DNA of 64,000 nucleotides, taken from NCBI GenBank assembly GCA_030704615.1, contig CM060732.1, positions 3,410,001 to 3,474,000 of the forward strand, read 5' to 3'. Both the position numbers and the translations under genes were made by a program. Below, in pieces: positions 49,001-61,658 of the stretch. Origin of the DNA: Takakia lepidozioides. Lineage: Eukaryota > Plantae > Bryophyta. The notes under the pieces are model-generated. The model was not told the origin of the DNA, made no database searches, and saw nothing but the letters and a program-made list of their open reading frames with translations. Each line of letters opens with the position of its first letter. Within the stretch, counting starts at the first letter, position 1.

Positions 49001-52000
49001 TACATTCTTTAAGGCTCTCCTCTAGATTGGAGGTTCTTCCTTGGAAGATGCTAATCTATCATTATAATTGCAAAGCTGTACCCCACTCTTGCAAGTAGAT
49101 GTGCATAGCCACTTGGCTCTCCCTAGTACACAACTATAGGCTGGAAGACAGAGTAGGAGCCCCTTTCCTGCAGTATATAAAGGTTGTTGTCGTTAGTCTT
49201 AGCCATCTTCTTCAAGCTCCAGAAGTGGCCGAGCTGGCAGGGAGGCAATTCTTTTGACTTCATATCACACTTCAAGGTTCTCCTCTTGCCTTTTCCAGAT
49301 TCCGTTTTTGATGAGGTGCCTTGCCATCCAAACATGCTCATCTTCTCAAGGTGCATATTAGCTAGTTGTATGGTAAGTTTCACCTGGCTATCTCTAGAAT
49401 GCTCTCCCACAATGGATTTCTTCTCTCCTAACCTGTGGATAAGCTTTCTTAAGTGTGGAAATTGCTTCAAGTGGGCTGGGTTTAAAAAGCCTGGTATTCC
49501 AGAACAGTCACTAACCCATTGGTTGTGTGGTTGCTTGTGATGGGACCACGTGAGGTTCCAGCCCTTACTTTTAAGCTTGACTCCTCTACAGGCTCACGGA
49601 AGAGACACCTGAAGGCTAATGCAGGTAGTTCTGAAGAAGCTCTCTACTGAAACCAAACTAACCATTACAATGTTTGTAATAAGATGTCATAGTAGGGCCT
49701 TTTACATGCTTCTACTCCTTCCTAGGGTGCTCCAGAGATCTAAAGGTACCTATTAACCTGCTGGTGCTTTTATGGTGCAATGTGATCTTTGGTCACCATT
49801 TTACCCTTTTGGTCTTGTCCCTTTTACAAAAAGATGCTACTGTTGTAGACTGTAACTATCCTCTACAGTTGGCTTAATTGGACAGACCTGATCTGGTGGC
49901 CACCCTCCCACCTACTTGTCTTGGTGTTTTGGCAAAAGGTACCTGCTGGTATGAACTCTACTCTAGTCTTCCTCTCCAGCTAATTTGAATGTACAGACCA
50001 AATTACAGTTTTGTTCTACATTGAAGTTTCTTGCTGTATTCTTAGGTGGGTTTCAAACCCAAGCCACCTATATACTCACCAAAACTTGATCTTTACATAG
50101 TAGCTTATTGTTGGGATTTGTTGATGGAGCCTTTTTCAAGGCTGATGATGTTTTCATCAAAAGAAGCAATCTGATTCAAACATCTTCTTTTCTAGTCTTC
50201 ACATGACTAGACCTATCTCTCTCCTGATACATTGTCCAGGGTATTCTCACCAGAGAGTGACCCTCTTCAGGAACATCAAGAACATGGTTCCTGCACTTCT
50301 GTTCACCAACTTTCAACATCTTGAAGCTGTGCCTAAAGCCCTGGCCCTGTTGGGGTTTAACTTTTGGGCCGCTCACACACAGCAGATTGATGCTTGTGTG
50401 AAGGGCTTTCTAGAGGATATGTCGAAAGCCCGAACTAATTGTTTATATCACACACTACTGGAGTGAGCCCCTTACGAAGGTGGTGCCTATTCCCTATGTT
50501 TCTGTCCAAACTAGGTGCAGGGTCTCTGGCCACAACGCTACGGCAAACAAGGACTGAATTTCAGACTCAGGCGGGGAGTCTGCCTTGGAACAATAAACAG
50601 ATGCAGAGAGGAAAGAAGATTGACAATGCCCGATGTGCGGGCGGTCTGAAGACAATATCCATTTTCATACAATGTCTGGGGTTTTCTCATCAGAGAGCTA
50701 CCCTCTTCAGGATCAGCAAGAACGTAGTCCCTGCACCTCTCTATTAACCAACTTTCGGAATCTTGAGGTTCAGCCTAAAGCCCTGGACCTGTTGGGGTCT
50801 AATTGCTGGGCGCTCACACACACAGCAGATTGATGCTTGTGCGAAGGGATTTCTAGAGGAAATAAAAGAAAGTCCAAACTAATTGTCATACCAAGCAAAG
50901 TTCCACTACTGGAGTGAGCCCCTCACAAAGGTATGTCTGTTCCCTCTTGGTACACCCAAACTGGCCACCAGGTCTATGGCCAATGTCTTATGCCTCTCTC
51001 TCTCTCTATCAAGGGAATTGTGCCTGTACCTCTGTTCACCAACTTTGAAAGTCTGGAGGCTGAGCCAAAAGCCCAGGCCCTTTTGGGGCCTAGTTATTGG
51101 GCAAACCACAAACAGCAAGTTGATGCGTGTGTAATGGGATTCCTAGAGGATATCTGGAAATCCAGGATCAATTGTTTATTCCAAGGTAAGTCTTGCCACC
51201 GGGGTCAGCCCCTGACAAAGGTAGGTTCTGTCCCTTTGTGTTCCGCTCAAACTGGGGGCGGGCTCAATGGCCACAAGGCTACGGCAAACAACGTCTTATG
51301 AGTACATTCTCTCGCACACGCACACACACAAGCACGCGTATAATATAGGGAGAAAGATCCATGACACCCTTGAGCATCTTCTCCAGCTGAAGGAGGTGAA
51401 CAGAGCTGCTCCTCCTCTCACACACACATGATTCTGCAATTTCCCGAACACATACTCCAACAGAAAATAGGCCTTTGAAAGTAGTTTATTGACCTTGGGG
51501 AATGTGATCTTGTCAGGAATAACATACTAGTCACCTACATATGAAGGCATGACCTGACAGTCATGGTTCCAAGACACCAATAAGTTCTGGATATAAGTAG
51601 GAATCTCTGATCCCAAAAGAGTGGCCTAGTATATCTTTGGTATGGGGAGAGAGACGTACCTTGACTTTTAATTGCTCCTTGCTATGATTTTATCATCAGT
51701 CAGTAACAAGGTATTTTCTCTGGTATTCATAACGACTTGGGTAAGTTGGGCATATAGGTGTATATTATATATCACATGTTAGTGTGTTAAATAAAAATGA
51801 CCAGCATGATCACCTGTCTTCAACAAAAGAGTCGACATAGAAGATAAGAACTATGCCAAACAGAATGGTGCTCACATACGCCCATGCCACTGATCCATGG
51901 TGCACAGCCTGGAGCTCCCCCTTGCTCTGTAAACAGCACCACAAGTACAGATGCTTGGTAGTATGAAAATGCCTTAACATCCCCAATTTTTTTAATTGCG

Positions 52001-55000
52001 TAAAGGACACAAACATTCATTTAGCTTGCAGAAGCTTGAGAAGCTAGGAGGCCAAAATGGAGAGCAAATGAGAGACACCAGTGTACCAGTGCTAACTGCA
52101 CCATTGCAAAGGGAAACAGGAAGCATGCAGCTGATGTCACCGTTATTGCATGCAGACGCTTCTTCGACTGAGTCTGCAAACTACATACCTTGCCTTAGAA
52201 ATGGTTCTCAGGTACTTACGTCTATAAATAAATGTCAATGTGAGAGCCCAGTAACTCTGAACTGTGTCTTATGCGTCTGTACTTACGTCTACACATCCTG
52301 CAAAGGCACTATACAGTCACACAACTGAAGAAATCCAAGGAAATCTTTGCACGCAACAAAAGCCTGCTGTCAGTATTTTTTTACCTACTAGGGCATCAAG
52401 TGACAATAAGCCTACCCTGTGCCGATCAACAACTATGAAATGAAATGAAATGGTGCTTTATAACGTCCGCGGAAAGCTCATAGAGCTTATGGGACAAAAT
52501 GGAAGAAAACATGAGAGAGGAACAAATCCAGAAACCACAATTAATGTTCTAGAGAATGTCTAAGGGTGAAGGCCTCGTGCAGGTAGGCTGCCAAGCATTT
52601 TTGATCCTCATAGTGGAAGACATCAGTGAAAGTTTGGGTTCCACTGAATAAACAGTGGAATCTCCCACGGATCTCGTAGTATAGAGGGCAGTAGAAGAAG
52701 AAGTGTTCTTCAGTTTCAATTTCCTTGCTGCGCCCTATGCAAGCTGGACATAGGCGGTCCTCCCGTTGCAGGTTTTCCCATCTGCCAGTCTCTATCCGTA
52801 GGTTGTGGGAACCCACCCTGAACCGCCCCAATGCCCTCAGGAGGGAAGGAGATAAGGATGCTGAAAGGTAATTTGGTCTCAAGATTCTATCATCGCGGAG
52901 CACAAAGAATGTCTCTCGATAGAAGTGGAGCTTTGTCGTGAGATTGGGTAGCTTCCAAGTTCTCTTGACATGTAATTCCATAAGCTCTCACCTAATGAGT
53001 CTGTGGCGGTCATGTCTGGATGTGATGTCCACCTCATCTGGATTCATTGGTAATAGGAAAGCAGTAGAAAGTCCGTTACGTTGAAATAAACTGTCCACTC
53101 GAGCATACCAGGAGTTCCTGAAACCTGCAGCTTTGAGCCTCATAGATGTTGTGAAGAAACAGTTCCTGACCTAGAAAATGCTGCGACCGTGACAGAAAAC
53201 AAGGGGCTTACCTTCAAGGACACACGACGACTAATAATGCGGCGCAGTGCTGCCAAGAGACCTGATATACTTGGCAAAATCATAGATTGCAGCCCCATGC
53301 AACCCTGCTCATAGGCCGATTCCACAGTTGCTCTGAATGGTAGCCAGAAGTCAAGGATGCAACCTAAGAAACATCTCGGGATGATTGGTAAAAGATGGGG
53401 TGGAGTCCTGAGTGACCCTCGTCAGAAACCACCCCCCCCCCTCTGATTCCGCACTTCCTCTGGAAAGTAACCGGAAGTCAAGGCTGCAAACTAACAAACA
53501 GTTGGCATGCATTTGCACTTAAAAGTACTGCAGCAGAACATGTAAGGAGAGCTAGCCTCCGTTTCCATCGCCTCAGGCACCAGGTGAGATTGGTAAGCTC
53601 CGAAGTTGATACACAATGAATTAGAAAAGATACTCCCCAATTTCCACCTTTGGAGAAAAACAAAAATGACAACATTCCTCTCACAAGCTTGCTAGGTTAC
53701 TTACCATACCCTACATGGAGAACCCATGTGTCAGGAATCCACATGGAGTTGCAGACCCAGGTACACACAAGGCTTCCTTTTAAACAAGCAGGTGGGATAT
53801 AGAAAGGAGAGTAGGTTGACATGGCCCATCCTTGAGATAGGAAGTAGAACGACACCAACATCGCCACCAGTCCCCCTATCTGGCAGCCCCTCAATCCCAC
53901 CAAGACCAGGCAAATAAAACATTCATATGACTCTGCACTCACTACCCTCCAAACAACTCCACATCACCCCTGCAAACACTTCTCTTGCCCTCAGATTCCC
54001 AGCCCTATACAACATGGCCTTGGCAAAAGCAAAGACTGTCTATATTTAAAGTTCAAGTGTACATAGAACTAGCCGGCACAAAGGTAAGCTAATGATGTAT
54101 CATACACAATTAGAAAACATTCAACTTGTTTCCAGCGGAGACCAGCATTGCTGTCCACAAGATATGAGATGACGCTTTCCACAATTGTCTACAATACCAG
54201 TGTATACACCAGCATGGGCAGGTAGAAGCAGCTCACCCTTTTCGAAAAGTACTGACTTCGACCAAAAACCAAAGTGGAGATGGCACCCAACACTGCACCT
54301 GCATATTCAGACAAGATTGTCCTGCCCCCCATTTTATCCAAGTCATAAACTGACATTTTGTGTTGCACACTCATATTCCCCGAACCACAACTTCAATCAA
54401 ACCCTTTAACTATGCCATCAGTACGCAAAAACTCAACACGGCCCCTTGTAAGCCTCTGTTCTGCACAGATAGGTTGCAGAACCCACTTTCCACAGCCAAA
54501 ACTTCTCAATCAAGAGCTTGCCCTGGACCCAAGCTTATGTATGCCGAATATGAATAAAAGATGGCCAGCTGTTGTGTAGGCCCTGCTAGCACCATCACTG
54601 GTTATTTGATGGAACCCTTGTTCTGTACTACACTCGATAGGAATTAACAAAGCCAGTATCTGAAAAACACCATTACAGATCAACAAGAAAGTAGGGGGAA
54701 CTGAATAAGAGCCGAATCATGCAAGAACAGCACTTGTCAAGGGGTCCTCATTAGTGGGAGGGTGAGATAACTGTCCTCTAATCGCCACCGGCCTGCATCT
54801 TACCTTTGCTGATGGAAAAGGGTGTGCATAAAGTGCAAGATCAATGGCAGCATACCACTAATATTGCAGTAGGTGAAAAATACCAAACAAAGAAAAGGAA
54901 ATATACCATCACCTAAACATAGCTCAAAAGTCTGATGAGTCGAGCAACAAGATATTTACTGTCAACGTGCAAAACCCCAGATAGTATCTGAGCCAAGGTC

Positions 55001-56880
55001 GATGTTGCACAAAATTCCCTTGGTTGGGGATTGTTGCTGAGTACCTAGGGCACCAGATCCACCCGTGACAGACAGCTATATCCCAACTACAAAAACCACA
55101 CAGCTAGATTGTCCCATCCAACATGTGAGTGAGAGAAAGCAAAGTGCACCTGACAGGCCCGCAGGTGCGAAGACCTTTGCCCCACAGTACAAGAGAGAGC
55201 GCCATGACTCCACCATTACAGAGTGATGGCACCAGCTGTCATAACCAATGTACTCAACTCGTCAACATTGCATAACACCAATCTAGCACATATCTTGACG
55301 CGTACTACGCCAGTACACAGCAATCACTGATTCCCCTTGCCTGAGGGTGTTCTTAAAATAGCCCCAGAGATAAAAGAGGGCAATGAGTGACGACAAAGAA
55401 AATCACGATTGGGCTTTCACAATGCAATACAAGCACTGTACCTGAGAAGAAGAAAGAGGTCGGCCTTTCCATGGGCGCTGAAGAACAAGAAAGAGGGCAG
55501 CTGATACAAGCAAACACACAAACATGAAGGTCATAATGGAGACACCATCGGCCACCAAATAGTGATATGTGGCATACACTGACCACAGTCGTAAGCACCG
55601 CCCTATCACATGGAAAGTATGCTGTGGAGCCCGCCTGCATCATCCCTCCCTCCTCCAGAATATTCAGTTTGCGGTCTGAATCATTTGCATTGCCCACCAT
55701 TTTAAGTCTATGAAACCCCACATAACACCCCCCCATGGGGCCCTCCAAAGCAGAGAGCACAAAAGTTATAGGAGCAACACACTCGGGACATATGGTTATC
55801 AGAAAGAGGAACAAGTGCCTCAGTACAAGGGCTGGTGCACTCAATCATCTAGCAATCTTACATACTGTTCTTAGAATTCTGCATCAATATAGTGCTGCAT
55901 CCCCCAAAACATACCCATTCGAACTGCACATTGGCAATTACTCTGTCACTGGCTCAAAATGGTCAAATTCGCAACACTCATGCCTGACATTTTCAACTTG
56001 AATATCTCTCCACAGGCACACATCTAATAATCTGCTAATCGGCTAATAGTCCATGCGGGCTGATACGGCCACCACCGTAGAGTAATGCAGAGATAGGGAC
56101 AGAACCCTGAATATCAGTTATTCTTCGCCAGTTACATAGGCAAAACGGCTGGAATCATGCTAGAATAAGCCTGACTGCTGTTCTTAAGAAGGCTCAAAAC
56201 ATGATATGCCTGGAACACTGAACAACAACTTTTTTTGAGACTTCGTAATCTAGATTGATTCGTCCACTGTCATATAACAAAAATCTTCATACAAAGCAAA
56301 CACAATGAAAGTTGTCAGATATTTGTCATATGTTGTACGACCAAACGGGATAACACTACTACGAGCTCAATCATGAGCTGAGCAATGGATAATCAGAGAG
56401 TATCTTGCGATCACGTCATTCACTTCCAGGCAGCAAACTGTAAACCAACATCCTCCCACCAATGACACTGTCATCCTCAGCTTGTATCAATCCAATCAAA
56501 CCCCATGATAACGCCCATTACAAATTGAATGTACCGAACAAGACAGTATTGACGAATCCAAAGAATGTACATGATCGGAGAAACTCGAGGATCTCTTCAC
56601 CATACGGTTGGTTCCTCAAAGATCACAGGTATGAACGCATCGTGCAGATTGCACGAATTATACCATCCAGTCACGCAAATGTCTTGCAGAATACTGCTGC
56701 GGCCTTGTATGCCATGCAGTTAGCCGTGCTTTAAATCCTAACAACGATGCGAACGACAGGATCCACTGATGCTGACGCTTTGCACTCACGTATGTCCGAA
56801 ATCGAAACTTACGTCTACAATGGCCGGAGACGGCCCAATTTGTACCTTATTGGTACCCCATCGGTCGCCTCTTTGATCAT
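37030..56880 (-). CDS. Multi-pass membrane protein, At5g38380-like ('zinc transporter'-like), 10 exons: 56880-56846, 55634-55442, 55235-55150, 54321-54237, 53879-53801, 53339-53212, 52173-52087, 51926-51814, 37851-37721, 37145-37030 (~350 aa)
   Basis: Exons splice in phase (1053 nt): ...IGRCLRLWSVY...LQRPWKGRPLSSSQLVPSLCNG...LWGKGLRTCGPVRTILSEYAGAVLG...GGLVAMLVSFYFLSQGWA...ALRRIISRRVSLKTQSKKRLHAITV...STILFGIVLIFYVD...RLHIMVSSPKHL...MDFSLLGF...GIFEATS...LPS*. This is collinear with my recollection of the Arabidopsis protein. The first exon is the least certain. Confidence 0.88.
37413..37575 (-). mobile_element. 3'-terminal fragment of the LINE family in the last intron
   Basis: Reverse complement of ...ctagaggatatctggaaaac...ggggtcaatggccacaaggctacggcaaacaac... 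Confidence 0.85.
38760..38860 (+). mobile_element. Short 3'-terminal LINE fragment with (TC)n tail
   Basis: aaactgggggcagggtctacggccacaaggctacggcaaacagcgtcttatgagtac followed by about 11 TC units. Confidence 0.85.
40403..40616 (+). mobile_element. 3'-terminal LINE fragment whose (TC)n tail runs directly into the next copy
   Basis: HTQQIDACVKGFLEDIWK...GHKATANNVL* followed by gtacaatctctctctctc. Confidence 0.9.
40617..45284 (+). mobile_element. Second near full-length LINE copy (internal deletion near 44500, two odd inserts at ~43730-43900)
   Basis: Starts cctgtcctctaggaagcc, matching the 5' end of the minus-strand copy. ORFs 40936-41637 and 41812-42900 are in frame through CGA>TGA stops. 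APE and RT motifs as in the first copy. Ends gagtacaatctctctct. Confidence 0.93.
45285..46473 (+). mobile_element. 5'-truncated LINE copy joined head-to-tail to the previous copy
   Basis: Starts at ggaagtgatcttaagtggcag immediately after the (TC)n tail and ends gagtacattctctct. Confidence 0.9.
46795..49010 (+). mobile_element. 5'-truncated, more diverged LINE copy (RT + Zn finger)
   Basis: ORFs 47151-47744, 47698-48447 (FADD) and 48440-49012; internal deletion near 48440. Confidence 0.92.
50215..51314 (+). mobile_element. Three tandem 3'-terminal LINE fragments
   Basis: Repeated ...HTQQIDACVKGFLED... blocks at ~50215-50550, ~50550-51008 and ~51008-51314. The last two end in (TC)n. Confidence 0.85.
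52435..53140 (-). mobile_element. 3' fragment of a second, distinct LINE family with a (TTTCA)n tail, in intron 6 of the membrane-protein gene
   Basis: LGRFRVGSHNLRIETGRW...RLCPAC...ETEEHFFFYCPLY is the C-terminal Zn finger of RTE-X-like LINEs. The tail tgaaatgaaatgaaa is at ~52436-52450. Confidence 0.85.
53340..53800 (-). other. U12-type (minor spliceosome) AT-AC intron
   Basis: Donor T|ATATCCCAC, branch box TCCTTGAC at 53357-53350 and acceptor CTAC| 10 nt downstream. Splicing restores the frame YSPF-S-FRATVES. Confidence 0.88.
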
Positions 56881-57134
56881 TGCTACTCTCGCACCTCGAA
56901 ATAGACGACAGGCAACTGGAACTCGAGACTGCAAGAAGTTCAAGACATCGCATTAGGGCTTTCATTCCCCCACTCACGCGACGGTCGCGTCGACGCCGGC
57001 CGACAGGATTTTCCGGCTGAATAGGTGACCTACAGCTAGCCAGTGCTTAGTTCTTTCGTCCTTTGGGAAGTTTTACTCAGGCTACGATCTGGTTGTGCGA
57101 GGATCCTGGCGGCGTCACCCTTGAAGCACTTGAT
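56881..57134. promoter_or_regulatory. Candidate bidirectional promoter between head-to-head genes
   Basis: The predicted ATGs at 56880 (-) and 57135 (+) are 254 bp apart. There is a CpG-rich patch at ~56976-57003. Confidence 0.6.
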
Positions 57135-60100
57135 ATGGCGGGAGGCAAACGGAAACCCGATGACAGTGACTTGTCCAACAAACCGCAATCCGCACCTGTA
57201 CATCCACGCTTTTGCTCATATATTGCTTGATCAGATTGGCAGCTTTATAATCCATACATTTCATTGGGACTTGGAACACAATATGCTTGAGATTAGTACG
57301 GAAGGTCTTGTTGGTGTTTCTCAATCGATGGGTCCTATCTTCTTTTCGTATCTTCCTCGTTGCATCCTAGAGAAGAGTTTTGACCAAATGATCTGTCTAT
57401 TCCCAGCCCCGATGAACAGTGCCAAACTATGATCTCTGGACAGCTTCCTTTGTGCAGCCTGGCTCATTAGACTTCCTGACTCAATGAATCTCATTCTGAT
57501 ATCTGATTGAATTCGGTCATTTTCATTTTCTCACTTGTTTATATACATCACTTCAGTGCTGAGAACTGGCTGTAGAACTTGCAACCCGATCACTTTGTCT
57601 CCTTGACGCTCATAAGTCCAGAAGCCTCTGGTGCACTTGGATGGAAATCTAAGGGGATGCAGAAAGTCCCCCAATGCTAGCTTTTAGCATGGTGTCGTGC
57701 TCATGTCAGGGATCAGGAGGGAAGCAATCCACACCAAGTAATTTGGACGGTCAAAGGGCTGTGCAGTGCCTGCGACATGTGAGGGCACTCAATTCCCAGT
57801 TTGCCAGGTCTCCGTCAACCGTAACCTGCTCACTCTCTCTCCTCATTCCCCTCCGAGTCTCGGTTAGCTTTGTTCTCTCCATCAACCTCAGAGCCTTGAC
57901 TCTTGCTTCCTTTTTACTAGGGAGCTCAATATACACGTCCCCAGATCAGTGCTTTTTGTACCAGCAATATATTCCAGCTGCTAAGCTTAAGCAACCATTC
58001 ACCAGACCTCGTTGAAGGAACACTTGTAGTTTTCGGTCAACATTTTGTGAGAGCACTTGACAACAACTTTGTAGTGCGAGCTGGATTTCTAGTGCTTCCC
58101 CACCTTCATTTAACCCTCAATATCAGTGTTTCTGATTGCCATGAATCATTGCAGTTTTGCCATGCTGTTTACTCTCTTCGTCATTACATGTTGATATCTC
58201 TTCGCCTCCTTACTTCTTTGATGTGCGATGACTTTAGAGGTGGGTGTATCTCAGAACGTCAAGCATGTGATTTGAACCCTAATGACAAGTGTTTGGGGAG
58301 AAGTGTGCTTGGGGCAGACCGGAGTTCCTTGATGCACCTTGCAGCTGTTTAGTAAAGGAGTTTGTTGAATCTTTGTGTTAGAGTTACCCTCTCAATGTGT
58401 AAGATGTTGGAAGCATGTGCAATGGCTTTCCTTGTTTTGCTTGGTGAAGTGGACAGTGGGGCGTACAGCTGGGTGCAGAGGCAAGAGCAAGAGCATTTGG
58501 ATGAGCTTTGGCAGGAGGGGATGGAAGACTACCTCAAGCATGCTGCCAATCTGTTGGTGCAATCTTACTTTCGAATATCAGTTTGAAGTGTGGTAGATGG
58601 ATGCTTTGTTATCATTCTTCCTGTTCTCTTCCATCTGTGCATGGCCACACCTGGTTTTATCACTTTTTTATCTCATCATTTTCACCAACTCTCAAGTTTT
58701 TCATGAGCACAGTTCTCCATAGTGCAGTAAACAGTATAGGACTGGACTTTTATTCCTCCTGTCAGGTTGTGAGATGTCTCTCATGCCAACCATTTATTAA
58801 ATACAGGTTGGCCTTTATTCATTTTGGGTTTTATTTCTGCAAGCTGTATGTAGTTCAATGTCATCAAGGTAAGAGTGGAAGCTGGGTTGTAAACCAAATA
58901 AAAAGGCTTGGGGAAAACATTTTGCATCCATTTATTAAATTGCATAGTTTGTAATGGGATGCTCTCATGCTGTACATTATGATGGCTGCTAGAGTCTTTG
59001 TGGTGCCCAACTTTTGAGGAAGCTGAGTTGGAGGTGTGATGGGGGGTCAAAATGGGGTTATATTATAGGCAGACTTCAAGGATGTGGTGGAATGGCTCAA
59101 GGCCAAGGCCAGTGCCTCTATGTCAAGTGAACCTTCATCTAACTCCAGTTACTTCAACATTCCTCATACTCACCCGAGCTCACTAGATGCTGCAACTGCC
59201 ACTGCAAAGCCTGGAGGCACAGGGTTTACATTAGGGAAAGGTTGTTTTAATTCACGAACTGAGAGCGACCCAAGTAGCAGCTGGAGCTTCCTGGACACTT
59301 CCTCAGCAGGACTGCCATCTACGTGTGGGACAGTTTCCAAATCTACAGGTAGGTCCTCCACATCTGATAGAGGTGGGTGCTGCAAATAAGTTGCATGCTG
59401 AGTGATAGGAGCAAGTGCCCTTCTGGACATGCTGGACTGCAGCGTTGCCTAACACATTGGTTTACTGCTTTATCTGGTCACCTTGCATAAGAAATGGGGG
59501 AACCTTTGCCAGCAACTGAATGTTTGTGGGTTGATGCCTCAGAAAATATGTGGAGTCATGTAGGGGACCAGGTGGGGTTTTATTGGTCAACTAACCACCA
59601 CCTGTGATGCATCTGAAGTAAAGTGGAAAATGGTTACCATTGTCATCAGCAGGGCCTGTATAAATTACATGTCACCCATTAGATCTCAGTAAAAGTGCCA
59701 CAATCTTAGGTCTGGAACATCCATGAGTGTTTGTTCTATTGTCTCAGGTTTTGTACACAGTGCATCTTCCAGTCTGTCAGTTGGAGGCTCCCTCTCCAAG
59801 TCATCTTCCTCACCTGCAGATCTGTTTCATCTCCTTCATCAGCTCCCTCCTCTCCGTCAGTATTGCCCATGTCCCTTAGTTCTCCACCATTGGGTCTATT
59901 TGTGAATCCTGGTGCAGGCAACCAAGATGAGAATTGCAACAATAGTATGCTTCTCTTTCATGGGCCAAAACCCATTTGTAAAACTTCACTTGATCTTTTT
60001 GTCCCCTGTAATGTTGTATTTATTTGGAGTATGTTCTCATAACATTTGAATGCCAGCATTATGAGACATTATTCTTTTTGTTGCCTTCGGTGAGGTGGGG

Positions 60101-61658
60101 ATGCCGAGGCCACGTTGTTTCTTCTTCCATGTGACTTGATTTGATGTTGTCCTCTCATAAATTGTAAATTCCTTGTGGCTTTGTTTTCATCTTTGAAAGT
60201 TATTTTTACTTGGATCTGGCTTTCTGATTATCTCTCGTTACCTCTCAAATGTGAGTTCAGCATTTACTGGGCTCTCGCATTTGAATGTCAGTGCGGTAAT
60301 AACTCAGTATTTCTGATATGGATTGTTTAAGGTGTGGATCTGGAAGAGTCAAGTAGCCCATCATTGAAGAGGACAGAGGAGGCAGGCATCAGAGTGGTGT
60401 ATGAAGTGAAGTCCAAGCTCTACATAAAGGTCACTGACAGCTTTCCCACACTTCTGCAACTCTGCGAGCTGGGTAGAATTAAGATAGGATCTGTGGATTG
60501 GAAGGATGAGAGGGGGAAGGTTTGTTATGACTGGGCAGAAGTGGCAGCAACCAGTCGGTGCACATGCTTGGGAGCTATCTTTGAATTGATATCCTTGTGG
60601 TGTTGCATTCCAAAGTAGTGTGTGGCATGGGCAGGCACATGAGGGAGAAGATAAAGCATGGAAGGACATGGGTGTGGGGCAGCTGATACTGAAACGCCGC
60701 AAAGATGCCAAACAAGGGTCTAAGGAGGCCAAGGCTACCATAATGTTCTGCAATGATGTACGTCTGTGTCCTCTTCCTTCTGTTCTACGAAGGATGTACA
60801 AGTGGTGATCTACCTTCTTAATCCGGTTTGTGTTTTCTTTGATTTTTCTCCCAAAAGTCATGTATTGAAGTTGTTCTTTTGCAATGGCAACCTCATTGTG
60901 GGTCTTTGCTGGAGCTTCTCCATGGTTTGCAGTATCTGTAAAAATTGGCTTACGTAATACTTGAGATAGGCTTGCTATACAGATCATTGAGACAATGATC
61001 CAGAGACTGTCGATGGTGCAGCACCTAAGCACAGCCAGACTAAGATCCTTTTAAGAGTTGAAAGCATGTGGCAACTCACAGGTTTGAAAGGGGAATTTCG
61101 TCCTCACATTAATACACCAACCTTGAATAGTAGGGACAACATGTTGCAGGATGTAGTCTTTTCTGCACACATGCAATGAGGAGCTTTTCGCCAATTTGCC
61201 AATTTTTGGCAAAGCACTTGCCCTAAGTGTCACAAGTTTGCTGGAGTGGTCTCAAATATTTTATGCTGGACATGGCATGAGATGGGATGGTGATCTGCAT
61301 GCAGGTGGGCAAGGTGTTGCTGAATGCGATGCTGTACCCTAACATCAAAGCCAATGTGCAGAAAACAGCTGTCACTGCTATTCTCCATTCTGCGGTAAAT
61401 TCTGTTTTGTGAAATTGTGAAGGACTATGATAGCAGTGTATATTTTATGGAGAGTTTTTATGGAGAGTTTTGCCTTAACACTTTCTGGCTTGGGCGGTGT
61501 GGCTGCAGGAAAATGGGAATCAGGGGATGAAAACAGGAGATAATGCTGAAAAGGCGAAGCTGGGGGCACAGCCACGCATGTACTTACTGAGAGTGAGCTC
61601 TGAAAGTGAGGCCAAAACTCTTGCAGACACTATTATTGAAAATGCTCCAGGGAACTGA
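57135..61658 (+). CDS. NUP50: Nup50-like nucleoporin with C-terminal RanBP1-type (PH-fold) domain; exons 57135-57197, 57710-57807, 58469-58556, 59069-~59350, ~59750/59820-59944 (ambiguous), 60332-60429, 60635-60757, 61305-61394, 61509-61658
   Basis: MAGGKRK...RHVRALNSQFASWVQ...DELWQEGMEDYLKHA...FKDVVEWLK is a Nup50-like N-terminal block, followed by a Ser-rich linker. The C-terminal part reads SSSPSLKRTEE..VVYEVKSKLYIK..AWKDMGVGQL..NDVGKVLLNAMLY..PRMYLLR. Splice sites in the Ser-rich centre could not be resolved uniquely. Confidence 0.82.

Noticed and set aside
60361-61032. 223-aa minus-strand ORF
   Set aside because: It is antisense to Nup50-like exons and introns and has no recognisable domain.
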